Shown here piece after piece: positions 19,174-28,084 of a stretch of DNA of 28,084 nucleotides (the stretch's first letter is position 1; each line of letters opens with the position of its first letter). The notes under the pieces are model-generated. The model was given only the letters and a program-made list of their open reading frames with translations. It was not told the DNA's origin and ran no database searches. The stretch is taken from positions 1-28,084 of the IMG/VR virus record IMGVR_UViG_3300048670_001122; one strand, 5' to 3'. The position numbers were made by a program, and so were the translations under genes. This DNA comes from a virus (Duplodnaviria > Caudoviricetes).

Positions 19174-19465
19174 TAAAAATATTGATAGCAGTATTTTAAA
19201 TCAACAGTTATCAATACAAAATGAACACTGGGTTAAGCAATATTGGCGACCATCAATGGGTTGGCTTTATATGGCAATGTGTGCATTTGATTTCATAATC
19301 TTTCCTTTGATTATGATGTTTCTACCTGTTTTTACTTATACACCATATACTAAATGGGAAAGTCTGACCCTTTCAAATGGTGGACTAATTCATTTATCAT
19401 TTGGTGCTATTCTTGGTGTTTATGCTTTTAGCAGAAGTCAAGAAAAAATGACAGCGAGTAGATAA
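19166..19465 (+). CDS. Holin-like membrane protein (GTA_holin_3TM-like)
   Basis: WRPSMGW motif followed by two hydrophobic segments and a final GVYAFSRSQEK; ATG at 19166 has SD AAGGAAG and overlaps the gp51 stop (preferred over the TTG at 19142). Confidence 0.68.
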   Translation: MSDKNIDSSILNQQLSIQNEHWVKQYWRPSMGWLYMAMCAFDFIIFPLIMMFLPVFTYTPYTKWESLTLSNGGLIHLSFGAILGVYAFSRSQEKMTASR

Positions 19466-19470
19466 TAATA

Positions 19471-22400
19471 ATGGCAAGAAGATCTCTCCCCAAATCTACA
19501 AGGTTAGCTAATATAGCTTCAAAAAGACCTAAAAAGGCTCGGCGTATACTCGGTAAAGAAACATTAAAATTAGGTACAAAAGCATTTACTAAAATGTTCC
19601 CACAATTAGGAGCATTGTTGAATAGTAAATCAAAAGGATCTTCTTTAGAGTCAAATTCAAATGAGTCATTTACTCAAATATATAATAGCGCTTTTAGTCA
19701 AATATTAGAAAATCAAAATAAACAAAACGATATTCTAAATCAAATTTTACAACAACTGAAAAATTCAAATAATTTTTCTGATAACAATAATGATGGCAAT
19801 GACTCACCATTTAGCGCTAATTATAAACCTAGAAGAACATCAACACCAGATGCACCTAAACCTGTTGATACGACACCAAAACCAGCAATACCAGATGTTA
19901 GAACATCAACAATACCAGATGTTAGACCACCACCAGATGTTAGAACATCAACAATACCAGATGTTAGACCACCACCAGATGTTAGAACATCAACAATACC
20001 AGATGTTAGACCACCACCAGATGTTAGAACATCAGCAGATGTTAGACCACCACCAGATGTTAGAACATCAGCAGATGTTAGACCACCACCAGATGTTAGA
20101 ACATCAACAATACCAGATGTTAGACCACCACCAGATGTTAGACCACCACCAGATGTTAGAACATCAGCAGATGTTAGACCACCACCAGATGTTAGAACAT
20201 CACCAGTTTTATCTTCTTCCGTACCCCCTCCTATAACACTGGAAGCAGCTACAAGACTTGCTCAATCACCAGTTTTATCTTCTTCCGTACCCCCTCCTAT
20301 AACACTGGAAGCAGCTACAAGACTTGCTCAATCACCAGTTTTATCTTCGACACCTCCACCGGCGTTACCGACTTCAACAGTTCCGCCAGCACCAACTGCA
20401 CCACCAGATGTTTCCAGAACACCTATACCTGCTGGTCCTGATGCTTCTAAAGTTCCACAGAACACGGCAGCCGAAACTAGAACTTCGGATACATCTACAC
20501 AACAGAGAAGTTTTGTCGCTGACGCTGGAAATGCGATACAACAAGTTCAAAAAGGATCACTAGGTGCCGCTGCGGCGGGTTTAGGGGCTGGTTTTCTTGC
20601 AGGATTGGCAACTGAAGACAAAACTGGTCAAAGTGCCACATCAACTGCAATTGCAGGGGCTTCAGCTGCAGCACAAACAGTTGTGTTAAGTCAAGCTGCA
20701 GAACAAACTATCAAAAGATTCGTTAGAGATAAAACAATAGGAATTGTATTAAGAAAAATTCCACTTGCTGGTTTATTGGCAGGAATTTGGTTTTCAGGAG
20801 ATCGCGCATGGGCAGGTGATTGGGTTGGTGCAGGATTAGAATTAACATCTGGTGTGGCCGGAACTTTGGGTGGTGTTACGTTTGGTGCTGGTACTGCAGC
20901 ATCTGTTGCAATAGATGTTGGATTACTAACAAGAGACATATATAAAATTCTTTATGATAAATTTCCTGAACATGAGACAGATGCATCTATAAGAGATGCT
21001 AATATGGCCGCAATAGGAACATCAGTTACAAAAGCATTCAATGATTTTATTAGTAGTGCGCCTGCTCCACAAAATCCTGCACTAAATGAAGGAACACGAG
21101 GACAATTAGCAAGAATATTTCGGGCTGCTCAAGGTGAAGATGAAGAAGCGCAAATGTTGCGTAGTTTAATTGGTGAAGATGTAATGGCCGGAATAGCTGG
21201 ATTATTACGCCAAAATACAGATCGTGATGGTAGACAAAGTAATGCAGCTAGAGAAGGTATGGCAAGAGTATTAGCAAGAATTCGACCATTAGTAATACAT
21301 GGAAGTGCTCCATCTGCTAGAATGATAGAAATTCCGCCGCCGGCATCACCAGCACCACAATCATCAGAAACATTAAATGAAAATACTAGTGATGGATCTG
21401 GCGATGGTGGAGAAGAAGGTGGTTCTGGTAGTGATGCCACACTTATACAAGAAATGCCAGAAACACCTGATGCAACTGCAATAACATTAGCAGAATCTCC
21501 TGATAAATCACCTAGAGAAGAAACATCAGAAATACCTGATGCCACCACACTTAAAGAAGAAACACCAAAAACATCTGATGCAATTGCATCAACACCAGAA
21601 AAACCCGAAACATCTGATACCTCATTTAAAGAAGCAACACCAGAAAAACCTGATGCAGTTGCAATAACACCAGAAAAATCTGAAATACCTCCTAAAGAAG
21701 CAATACCAGAAACACCTGATGCAACTGTAATAACACCAGAAACACCACTTAAAGAAGCAATACCAGAAACACCTGATAAATTAAAAACACCAGAAACACC
21801 TGATGCAGTTGCAATAACACCAGAAAAATCTGATACACCACTTAAAGAAGTAACATCTGAAATACCCAATAAATCAATAACACCTGAGAAACTTGAAGCA
21901 ATAATACCAAAAATACAAAATAAAGATAAAGAAAATAATAATTTAGATGTAGATACTATTAATAAAAATTCTATGATGTTTTTAACATTGAAAGAATTTG
22001 AAAGAATTAATTTTGAAGCAAGACTTATTAAATTTGAAAGTACAGGAATACAATCTAAATTAACAGAAACTGATACAGTACAAAATCGTAGTAGTGCTGG
22101 TGGTGGTTTTGCAGGTATAAGTAATATTTCTGGTTCTGCTAGAAATATTGCTGCCGGTGCAATGGGAAATATTACTACAGGTGATGGTCAAGCAACAAAT
22201 GGGTCTGCAGCCAGAGCATTGGAATTTTTTCAATCTAAAGGTTGGTCATTAGCTCAAGCAGCAGGTATTGTTGCTAATCTAGATATTGAAACTGGTGGGA
22301 CTTTTAATCCAGCAGCTATTGGTGATGGTGGTAAAGCATATGGTATTGCTCAGTGGCATCCTGATAGACAAGCACATTTTCAAAGTTGGGCTGGTAGAAG

Positions 22401-23025
22401 TATCCGTGGCTCTACGTTTGAACAACAATTAGAGTTTGTGCAATTCGAATTAACAGAAGGTCGTGAGAAAAGAGCTGGTAATCGTATACGTCAAACAACT
22501 ACACCACAAGAAGCGGCTGCTATTACCGATCAATTCTATGAAAGATCGAATGGTACTGCACGCGTACGACGAATTAGACGAGCTATTACATTAGCTGGCA
22601 ATGCAGCACAAGATGCTACACAAACAAATCAAGCAACTAATACTGGCGGCGGTGGTTCAGAACCACCACAAACTGCGACTCAAGCACCCTCAACAGGTGG
22701 TGGAAATGGTGCTGCTTTATCACAAGCCAGTACAGGTGCACAAGCCGATACACATAATCATGGATCATCAAGTGGAGGTCAAAATTCTGCAGCACCTGTA
22801 GAACCATCACCATCAACTGGAGCTGATTTAGCTCAAGCAGGTACTGATATGATAGCAGGCGATCAAAGACAAGCATTGAATCCACAAGGAATGGTGAATA
22901 ATAATGCACCACAATCACCAGCCCAACAATCAGAATCTTCCCAATCTAATCCAAGAGAACAAATGACATCAAATGAAATACCTCTTCGTAATAGATTAGA
23001 ATCAACATTTAGTTATAGATCATAA
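19471..23025 (+). CDS. Large tape-measure-like (gp29 position) protein with C-terminal phage tail lysozyme domain
   Basis: Pro/Thr repeats; Gly/Ala-rich hydrophobic block KIPLAGLLAG..GDWVGAGLE..GTAASVAIDVG; domain GWSLAQAAGIVANLDIETG..AYGIAQW..QQLEFVQFEL (Phage_lysozyme2-like, about 22207-22600). Confidence 0.72.
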   Translation: MARRSLPKSTRLANIASKRPKKARRILGKETLKLGTKAFTKMFPQLGALLNSKSKGSSLESNSNESFTQIYNSAFSQILENQNKQNDILNQILQQLKNSNNFSDNNNDGNDSPFSANYKPRRTSTPDAPKPVDTTPKPAIPDVRTSTIPDVRPPPDVRTSTIPDVRPPPDVRTSTIPDVRPPPDVRTSADVRPPPDVRTSADVRPPPDVRTSTIPDVRPPPDVRPPPDVRTSADVRPPPDVRTSPVLSSSVPPPITLEAATRLAQSPVLSSSVPPPITLEAATRLAQSPVLSSTPPPALPTSTVPPAPTAPPDVSRTPIPAGPDASKVPQNTAAETRTSDTSTQQRSFVADAGNAIQQVQKGSLGAAAAGLGAGFLAGLATEDKTGQSATSTAIAGASAAAQTVVLSQAAEQTIKRFVRDKTIGIVLRKIPLAGLLAGIWFSGDRAWAGDWVGAGLELTSGVAGTLGGVTFGAGTAASVAIDVGLLTRDIYKILYDKFPEHETDASIRDANMAAIGTSVTKAFNDFISSAPAPQNPALNEGTRGQLARIFRAAQGEDEEAQMLRSLIGEDVMAGIAGLLRQNTDRDGRQSNAAREGMARVLARIRPLVIHGSAPSARMIEIPPPASPAPQSSETLNENTSDGSGDGGEEGGSGSDATLIQEMPETPDATAITLAESPDKSPREETSEIPDATTLKEETPKTSDAIASTPEKPETSDTSFKEATPEKPDAVAITPEKSEIPPKEAIPETPDATVITPETPLKEAIPETPDKLKTPETPDAVAITPEKSDTPLKEVTSEIPNKSITPEKLEAIIPKIQNKDKENNNLDVDTINKNSMMFLTLKEFERINFEARLIKFESTGIQSKLTETDTVQNRSSAGGGFAGISNISGSARNIAAGAMGNITTGDGQATNGSAARALEFFQSKGWSLAQAAGIVANLDIETGGTFNPAAIGDGGKAYGIAQWHPDRQAHFQSWAGRSIRGSTFEQQLEFVQFELTEGREKRAGNRIRQTTTPQEAAAITDQFYERSNGTARVRRIRRAITLAGNAAQDATQTNQATNTGGGGSEPPQTATQAPSTGGGNGAALSQASTGAQADTHNHGSSSGGQNSAAPVEPSPSTGADLAQAGTDMIAGDQRQALNPQGMVNNNAPQSPAQQSESSQSNPREQMTSNEIPLRNRLESTFSYRS
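19891..20202 (+). repeat. Coding minisatellite: 16 copies of GATGTTAGA (DVR) in 18- and 24-nt units
   Basis: PDVRTSTI / PDVRPP / PDVRTS / ADVRPP units; core nucleotides invariant. Confidence 0.95.
20200..20348 (+). repeat. 66-nt perfect tandem duplication (2 copies plus a 17-nt partial)
   Basis: SPVLSSSVPPPITLEAATRLAQ at 20200-20265 and 20266-20331. Confidence 0.95.
21457..21891 (+). repeat. Degenerate acidic repeat (PETPDA / ITPEK / KEAIPE)
   Basis: Recurring ccagaaacacctgat and gcaataacaccagaaaaatctga blocks. Confidence 0.85.
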
Positions 23026-23036
23026 GAGTAAAAAAT

Positions 23037-26000
23037 ATGGCAAAGAAACCTGTAACACCAAAATTAGCAGATGTGGTCAACAGTCCTGAATATAAAGGGA
23101 TGAGTGATTCTATAAAACAACAAATTGAAAATGCTTTATTAGAAAGTAAAGGAAAGCCACCTTTACCAAAAACTAGTAAAAAAGCTATTTCTGCTGAAGA
23201 AGTTCTTGCTAATCCTGCTATGGTTAAAACAATAAAAGAAAAAATTGGTGAAGAAGCAGCCGAAGATTTTATAAAAAAAGCTGATGAAAAATCAAAGATT
23301 GATGATACCGATAAACCCATTGTCGTAGATAAGCAAAATAAAGTTAGAAAAACAAAACAAAAAACTAGAAAACAACAAGAGCTTGAACAACAAGAAAATA
23401 CACAAAGGTCTTTAAAGGATATTATCTTAGGTAAAGGTAGTAAAGCATTCAATAAAATGTTTCCAATGTTGGGAGCATTGATAGGTGGCGTGTATCGTGG
23501 TGGTGATAGATCGGCAAATAATAATACAACCGTACAAACAAACACATCATCCAATATGAGTGGCACTACTGCAATATTATCAAGTATTGTTGATAGTCAA
23601 AAAACATCAATAGATATATTACAACAAATACTCACGGCAATTAAAGCTACACCGAGAACACCACCACCAACAACTGGACAAAATCAAACACCACCTCCGC
23701 CAGCTTCAAATCAAAATCAAACACCACCTGCATCAACTCAAACTCAAAGATCACAATCTGGACAAAATCAAACACCACCTCCGCCAGCTTCAAATCAAAA
23801 TCAAACACCATCGCCTAGACAAACACCACCTGCATCAAATCAAAACCAAAGATCGTCTACTACACCACCGGTTACAGGCCCGCGCGCTCAAATGAATCTT
23901 GGCACTGCGGCTGCTACTGTAGCAGGTGGTGCTGCTATTGCTGGTGCTGGTTATGCGGCCCAGCGAGCCGCTACAGGTGGTGGCAGGAATACAGAGGGAA
24001 TTATAGGTACATATGCAGAACAAGCTGCATATGGTGCATCTAGACCATATGCAACGACGGAACTTACTGATAGACAAAAAGATTTAATTGAAAGATTTTT
24101 AAGATCACGTCAACAACAAGACGATGATGAAATAAGAACTATTGCTGAAAATCTTGTCAAAGGTACATCTTTTGGAAATGGTTCGTCAGTAGATCGTGGT
24201 TCAGAAAGTATGCGCGAACAGGCGGATATGTCGAGTTTAAGTTCGGCAGTTGATTTGGAACAATTGAGAAGATCTGGTAATTCTAATGGTTTATTAATTG
24301 CACATAAGTTAGTATTACCTGGTAGACCACTCACAAGAAATCAAATGTCGATCATCGAGAGTGTTGGCAACCAAAGAGTGAATAGGTATCCAGCATTTGT
24401 TATTGAACAATATAATAGACAAAAAAGTGGAGACGCTACACCGGAATCAGCAGCAACACCGGCACCAGCAGCAGCAACTGCTACATCAACTGCTACATCG
24501 GTAACTGCGCCAGCAGCAACAAATGGCACAGCTATAGCACAATCTTCGACAAATGAAGCTGCGCCTAATACTCAACCATCGCCTGCTCCAGTATCTAGAT
24601 CTGGCGTGAGAATGGGTAGAGAAATAGGCGAGTCTTCAAGAACAGACACACCACCATCAATAACAGCAACCACATCAGAAACTCAAACAGCACCAGCGCC
24701 AATAGCTACACCAATAGCGCCACAACCAGCACCAGCTATACCAGCACCAAATGCAACAGTTGCACCAACACCACAATCAACAACTACACCAGCTACACCA
24801 GTTACTCAAGTTAGATCAACAGAAAATGTAAATCTTCAAGCTTTTAGAGAAAAGGATCCAGAAGGATTTCAAGAATTTACAAATTTTGTACGTAATCGTC
24901 AAAGAGAAATAGTAAGAGAAGAAATACAAAAAATACCCGCAAATGCAGATCCTGTTTCTGCTTCAATGTATAGAACTTCAATCGAATCACAAGCCCGTAG
25001 TGTTGCACAGCAAGAAGGCATTGAAAGATTTAAAGATAGATTAAATGCTGCAGGTGCTAGATCATCACAAACAAGTATTAATGGTAATCCGGTTACAGGA
25101 CCGGACGCTACACCAGTAACTTCAACTAATACTACTACCGTATCAACACAACCGAGTGGTAGTATTAGAATGGGTAGAGAAATAAGTGAATCCTCAAGAA
25201 TAGAAACACCATCACCAGTAACACCAATAGCGCCACAACCAACACCAGCTATATCAAAACCAAATGCAACAGTTGTACCAACACCATCTGCTCCTACTAC
25301 ACCTTATTATACAGAAGAAGCTGCAGCGGGTATTGCTAGACCTTATATAAATCCTGAATATGCAGAAGAAGCTGCAGCGGCAGGTGCCACTCCAATAACT
25401 ACACCAATAGCACAACAGCCAAATATATCTGGTAATTCTTCTAGTATTGATTATGATAGATTATTTAATCTATTGTTTCATGGCAGATTATCAACAAGCG
25501 TTAATAGTACACCAATAGCACCACAAGCAGCATCAGCTACTACTGTACCTTATTATGCAGAAGAGGCTGCAGCTAGTGCAACTAGACCTTATATAAATCC
25601 TGAATATTCAGAAGAAGCTGCAGCTGGTGCAACTAGACCTTATATAAATCCTGAAACACCAATTTATGATCGTGGTGAGCCAACACCTGAAATACCCAAT
25701 ACAGAAAATTTAATTTCTTTCTATCAAGAAATAACTAATCGATATCAAAATTTGATAGATTTATTAAATGATCAAGGCGATTTTGCGATCAATATTTTAG
25801 CAATGGACGCAAGATATACTGCAAATAGGAATTTTCTTAGCAGGATATCGACAGGAAATAATACGTATGATACATCTATTATACAACGAATAATTGCGAA
25901 TTTAGGAAATATAGAGTCTAGAAGATTAGAGTTATTAAATAAAATTTCGATAGCTTTTGGAAATTGCTTACGATTTAGAGCACAATTGGCTAGACTACAA

Positions 26001-27617
26001 TCTTTCAATTTTATGCCTTCAGATATTAATTCTAGAATAGAATCAGATAATAAACAATTAGAAACTTTTATTTCAGATTATAACAAATTATTAAGTGATT
26101 TTAATTCTATTGAAGAAAATAATGGTCGTGAAGATGCAACGCCAGTACCATCACCAATTCCTGATTCACAAATTTATGATCGTGGTGAACCAACACCACC
26201 GGCAACACCAGCAACATCAGCAGCACCTGAAATAACAGCAACAACACCATTAATTCCAATTCCAGCTGGAGTACCAATTTTTGATATTGATGTCAGAGCT
26301 AATCGTATTCAGTCTACGACGAATCGAGCCCGAGCAACACAGTCTACCCGCAGAGAGGGACTTACAGCAAATCAACTGAATGGCATGGCAATAGATGCAA
26401 TTGCAAATCGTGATGCCACTAAATCCGAAACCGTAAATGCAACTGCGGCGCGCAGACGCATTCGTCAGATTATGGATCATAAAGGTGATGATTCTGGTGT
26501 TAGTGGGAAAGATGGTGATTCTAATGGTGATGCCGTGCCAAAATCTGCAAGTCAAGAAGCAGCAGAAGAAGATTTAAGAGAAAATCGTATTCTAAACTTC
26601 AAAGCTGATGAAATATTTTTCAAAGCTGATAAATTTGAATTTGAAGGCGTTGAAGAAGACGAACAAGATGCTAGTAAAACTACTAGTAATAATGCCGGTG
26701 GTGGGGGTGCTGATGCAACTCCTGCACCAAATACTGCTTCTACCGGCGGTGGTACTGGCGGCGGCGGATCCAGTTCTGCTGCTGGTAGTGGTGCCAATCC
26801 ACCGGTCGCATCAACCGGTGGCGGAGTCGGTAATACTACTGGAGGAGGTGGTACCGATGCAGCTCCTGCGCCTGCTGGTGATACGGGAGGTGAAGGTATT
26901 AATGGCGCTACAACAGGTGGGGGCGCATCATCTACAATAACCACTGGTGATGCAGCGCAACCATCTAATCCTGCTGCAACTGCAGGACTTAATTTTCGAG
27001 ACGGTGTGGATAAACGAATAACACCGGCCATTGCTAATAAAGTAAAAGATGTTCAATCTGGTTTTGGTAAAGGATTATTAATCACAAGTGGATTCAGAGA
27101 TGCAGCTAGAAATCGGAATGCCAGAGGAGCAGCAAATTCAGTACATATGTCAGGTAATGCTGTTGATGTTACATTCCCTGGCAATCAAGAAGATACCATT
27201 AACTTTATTAAAGCGGCTTCTGCTAAAGGTCTTGGTGGTATCGGTGTTTATAGGCCAGGGTTTGTGCACATTGATACTGGTGCAAAAAGAGTTTGGGGAC
27301 CAGATTATAGCGCAGGTAGTATACCAGCTTTTGCAAAAGCAGCACTTAATGATCATATGACAGGACAAACAACTGCTACGCCAGCAGGATCTTCTCCAAC
27401 ATCAGGCGCAACTGTTGCCGAAGCTTCAGCACAAAATGATATGTCAATAAGATCACCATCCTCAACACCACCAGTACAACCATCCAATTCCGAATCAGCA
27501 AGTCAAGCTGCGCCATCTGAAAGTTCTTCAAATCCAATTGATCCTAATAACCCAGGTCCATTGGAACCATCAGATGCCGGTCTAAGATATGCTAGACTAT
27601 TTAGTATGGCGGCATAA
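23037..27617 (+). CDS. Second large tape-measure-like protein with C-terminal peptidase M15 (Zn) domain
   Basis: Pro/Thr/Ala/Gly-rich linkers; ITSGFR..N..GAANSVHMSGNAVDV..GIGVY..FVHIDTG (Peptidase_M15_3-like, about 26990-27360). Confidence 0.75.
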   Translation: MAKKPVTPKLADVVNSPEYKGMSDSIKQQIENALLESKGKPPLPKTSKKAISAEEVLANPAMVKTIKEKIGEEAAEDFIKKADEKSKIDDTDKPIVVDKQNKVRKTKQKTRKQQELEQQENTQRSLKDIILGKGSKAFNKMFPMLGALIGGVYRGGDRSANNNTTVQTNTSSNMSGTTAILSSIVDSQKTSIDILQQILTAIKATPRTPPPTTGQNQTPPPPASNQNQTPPASTQTQRSQSGQNQTPPPPASNQNQTPSPRQTPPASNQNQRSSTTPPVTGPRAQMNLGTAAATVAGGAAIAGAGYAAQRAATGGGRNTEGIIGTYAEQAAYGASRPYATTELTDRQKDLIERFLRSRQQQDDDEIRTIAENLVKGTSFGNGSSVDRGSESMREQADMSSLSSAVDLEQLRRSGNSNGLLIAHKLVLPGRPLTRNQMSIIESVGNQRVNRYPAFVIEQYNRQKSGDATPESAATPAPAAATATSTATSVTAPAATNGTAIAQSSTNEAAPNTQPSPAPVSRSGVRMGREIGESSRTDTPPSITATTSETQTAPAPIATPIAPQPAPAIPAPNATVAPTPQSTTTPATPVTQVRSTENVNLQAFREKDPEGFQEFTNFVRNRQREIVREEIQKIPANADPVSASMYRTSIESQARSVAQQEGIERFKDRLNAAGARSSQTSINGNPVTGPDATPVTSTNTTTVSTQPSGSIRMGREISESSRIETPSPVTPIAPQPTPAISKPNATVVPTPSAPTTPYYTEEAAAGIARPYINPEYAEEAAAAGATPITTPIAQQPNISGNSSSIDYDRLFNLLFHGRLSTSVNSTPIAPQAASATTVPYYAEEAAASATRPYINPEYSEEAAAGATRPYINPETPIYDRGEPTPEIPNTENLISFYQEITNRYQNLIDLLNDQGDFAINILAMDARYTANRNFLSRISTGNNTYDTSIIQRIIANLGNIESRRLELLNKISIAFGNCLRFRAQLARLQSFNFMPSDINSRIESDNKQLETFISDYNKLLSDFNSIEENNGREDATPVPSPIPDSQIYDRGEPTPPATPATSAAPEITATTPLIPIPAGVPIFDIDVRANRIQSTTNRARATQSTRREGLTANQLNGMAIDAIANRDATKSETVNATAARRRIRQIMDHKGDDSGVSGKDGDSNGDAVPKSASQEAAEEDLRENRILNFKADEIFFKADKFEFEGVEEDEQDASKTTSNNAGGGGADATPAPNTASTGGGTGGGGSSSAAGSGANPPVASTGGGVGNTTGGGGTDAAPAPAGDTGGEGINGATTGGGASSTITTGDAAQPSNPAATAGLNFRDGVDKRITPAIANKVKDVQSGFGKGLLITSGFRDAARNRNARGAANSVHMSGNAVDVTFPGNQEDTINFIKAASAKGLGGIGVYRPGFVHIDTGAKRVWGPDYSAGSIPAFAKAALNDHMTGQTTATPAGSSPTSGATVAEASAQNDMSIRSPSSTPPVQPSNSESASQAAPSESSSNPIDPNNPGPLEPSDAGLRYARLFSMAA
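23674..23810 (+). repeat. 53-nt perfect direct repeat (23674-23726 and 23758-23810)
   Basis: Encodes GQNQTPPPPASNQNQTP twice, period 84 nt. Confidence 0.9.
25302..25655 (+). repeat. YxEEAAA..RPYINPE repeats
   Basis: ctagaccttatataaatcctgaa occurs three times; EEAAA four times. Confidence 0.88.
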
Positions 27618-27643
27618 AAAAGGGAGGCGAAAGCCTCCCTTTT
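27616..27643. terminator. Bidirectional intrinsic terminator
   Basis: AAAAA-AGGGAGGC-GAAA-GCCTCCCT-TTT hairpin between convergent genes, with a U-tract on each strand. Confidence 0.9.
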
Positions 27644-27648
27644 CAGTA

Positions 27649-28083
27649 TTAACTTGCAAGTCGCTTAAAGAATTCCAAATCTTCACCATCGTCATCATCT
27701 GTATTAGTAGATGGCGATGAGCGAGCAGGAGCTTCACGTTGAGGTGTTGATTCCTTCCAAGGAAGTTCATCCTCATCATTCTGCTTCCGATTAGCCGCAG
27801 CTTGACGAGAGCCAGCAGGAGTACTTTCGTCAAGATTAAGAACCTTGTTCAACTTAGCCTTAAGTTCCTCATAGGTCTTAAAGTTAGAAGGAGAAAGGAA
27901 TGCCTGCAGTGAATGTTCTTGCTTCCAAATAGCTTCAATTTGATTATCATTTTCAAAAAGAGGAGCAGCAGAAGCAAATTCAGACTTATCGTAGTTACGA
28001 TAACCTTCGACATTACGAATCTTAAGCTTGAAGTTAGCACCAGCCCATGGATCAAAAGGATTCATTGGCTCTTCATCGGCAAA
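27649..28083 (-). CDS. gp32: Single-stranded DNA-binding protein gp32, C-terminal part (gene begins beyond the window)
   Basis: FADEEPMNPFDPWAGANFKLKIRNVEGYRNYDKSEF..FKTYEELK and acidic tail DDDDGEDLEFFKRLAS; frame open to the window edge. Confidence 0.92.
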   Translation of the reverse strand, partial: FADEEPMNPFDPWAGANFKLKIRNVEGYRNYDKSEFASAAPLFENDNQIEAIWKQEHSLQAFLSPSNFKTYEELKAKLNKVLNLDESTPAGSRQAAANRKQNDEDELPWKESTPQREAPARSSPSTNTDDDDGEDLEFFKRLAS

Positions 28084-28084
28084 T

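Noticed and set aside
19891-20202. CRISPR-like look of the regularly spaced GATGTTAGA repeats
   Set aside because: Core is only 9-12 nt, intervening sequences are short and reused, the array is in frame within a CDS, and no cas genes are present.
19790-20563. His/Gln-rich alternative-frame ORFs (HHQMLEHQQ...)
   Set aside because: Shadow translation of a stop-free tandem repeat inside the 1184-aa gene.
23674-26197. Diversity-generating retroelement TR/VR pairs, introns or inteins
   Set aside because: Repeats are short and intragenic with no adenine-specific mismatch pattern; no reverse transcriptase, homing endonuclease or splice motifs seen in the window.
20691-27833. Antisense ORFs such as 21129-21869, 23009-23566 and 26552-27031
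   Set aside because: Mirror images of low-complexity sense codons; no independent coding evidence.
28063-28084. ATG at 28065 as the gp32 start
   Set aside because: Internal Met; the frame stays open to the window edge and the gp32 N-terminal core is missing.

Overview
AT-rich window from a T4-like (myovirus) bacteriophage genome covering the baseplate/tail morphogenesis region. A leftward late operon (16419 to beyond 1) encodes gp48, gp53, a gp27-like hub, a gp5 split into two genes with no recognisable lysozyme domain, a PAAR tip, gp25, gp6, gp7, a greatly enlarged gp8 and a large DUF4815/VrlC-like virion protein (truncated by the window; missing from the ORF track). A rightward late operon (16475-27617) encodes gp4, gp2, gp54-like, gp26, a gp51-like frame with no good start codon (missing from the ORF track), a GTA-type holin and two very large paralogous repeat-rich tape-measure-like proteins, one ending in a phage tail lysozyme domain and the other in a peptidase M15 domain. 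The operons diverge from overlapping T4-type late promoters. A bidirectional terminator separates the right operon from the convergent gp32 gene. The best candidate for an undescribed system is a programmed -1 frameshift (T TTT TTT) joining gp26 to gp51, like lambda gpG/gpGT, upstream of a holin plus twin hydrolase-tipped giant proteins, together with the split, lysozyme-less spike. All family assignments are from motif recognition by eye, not database searches.
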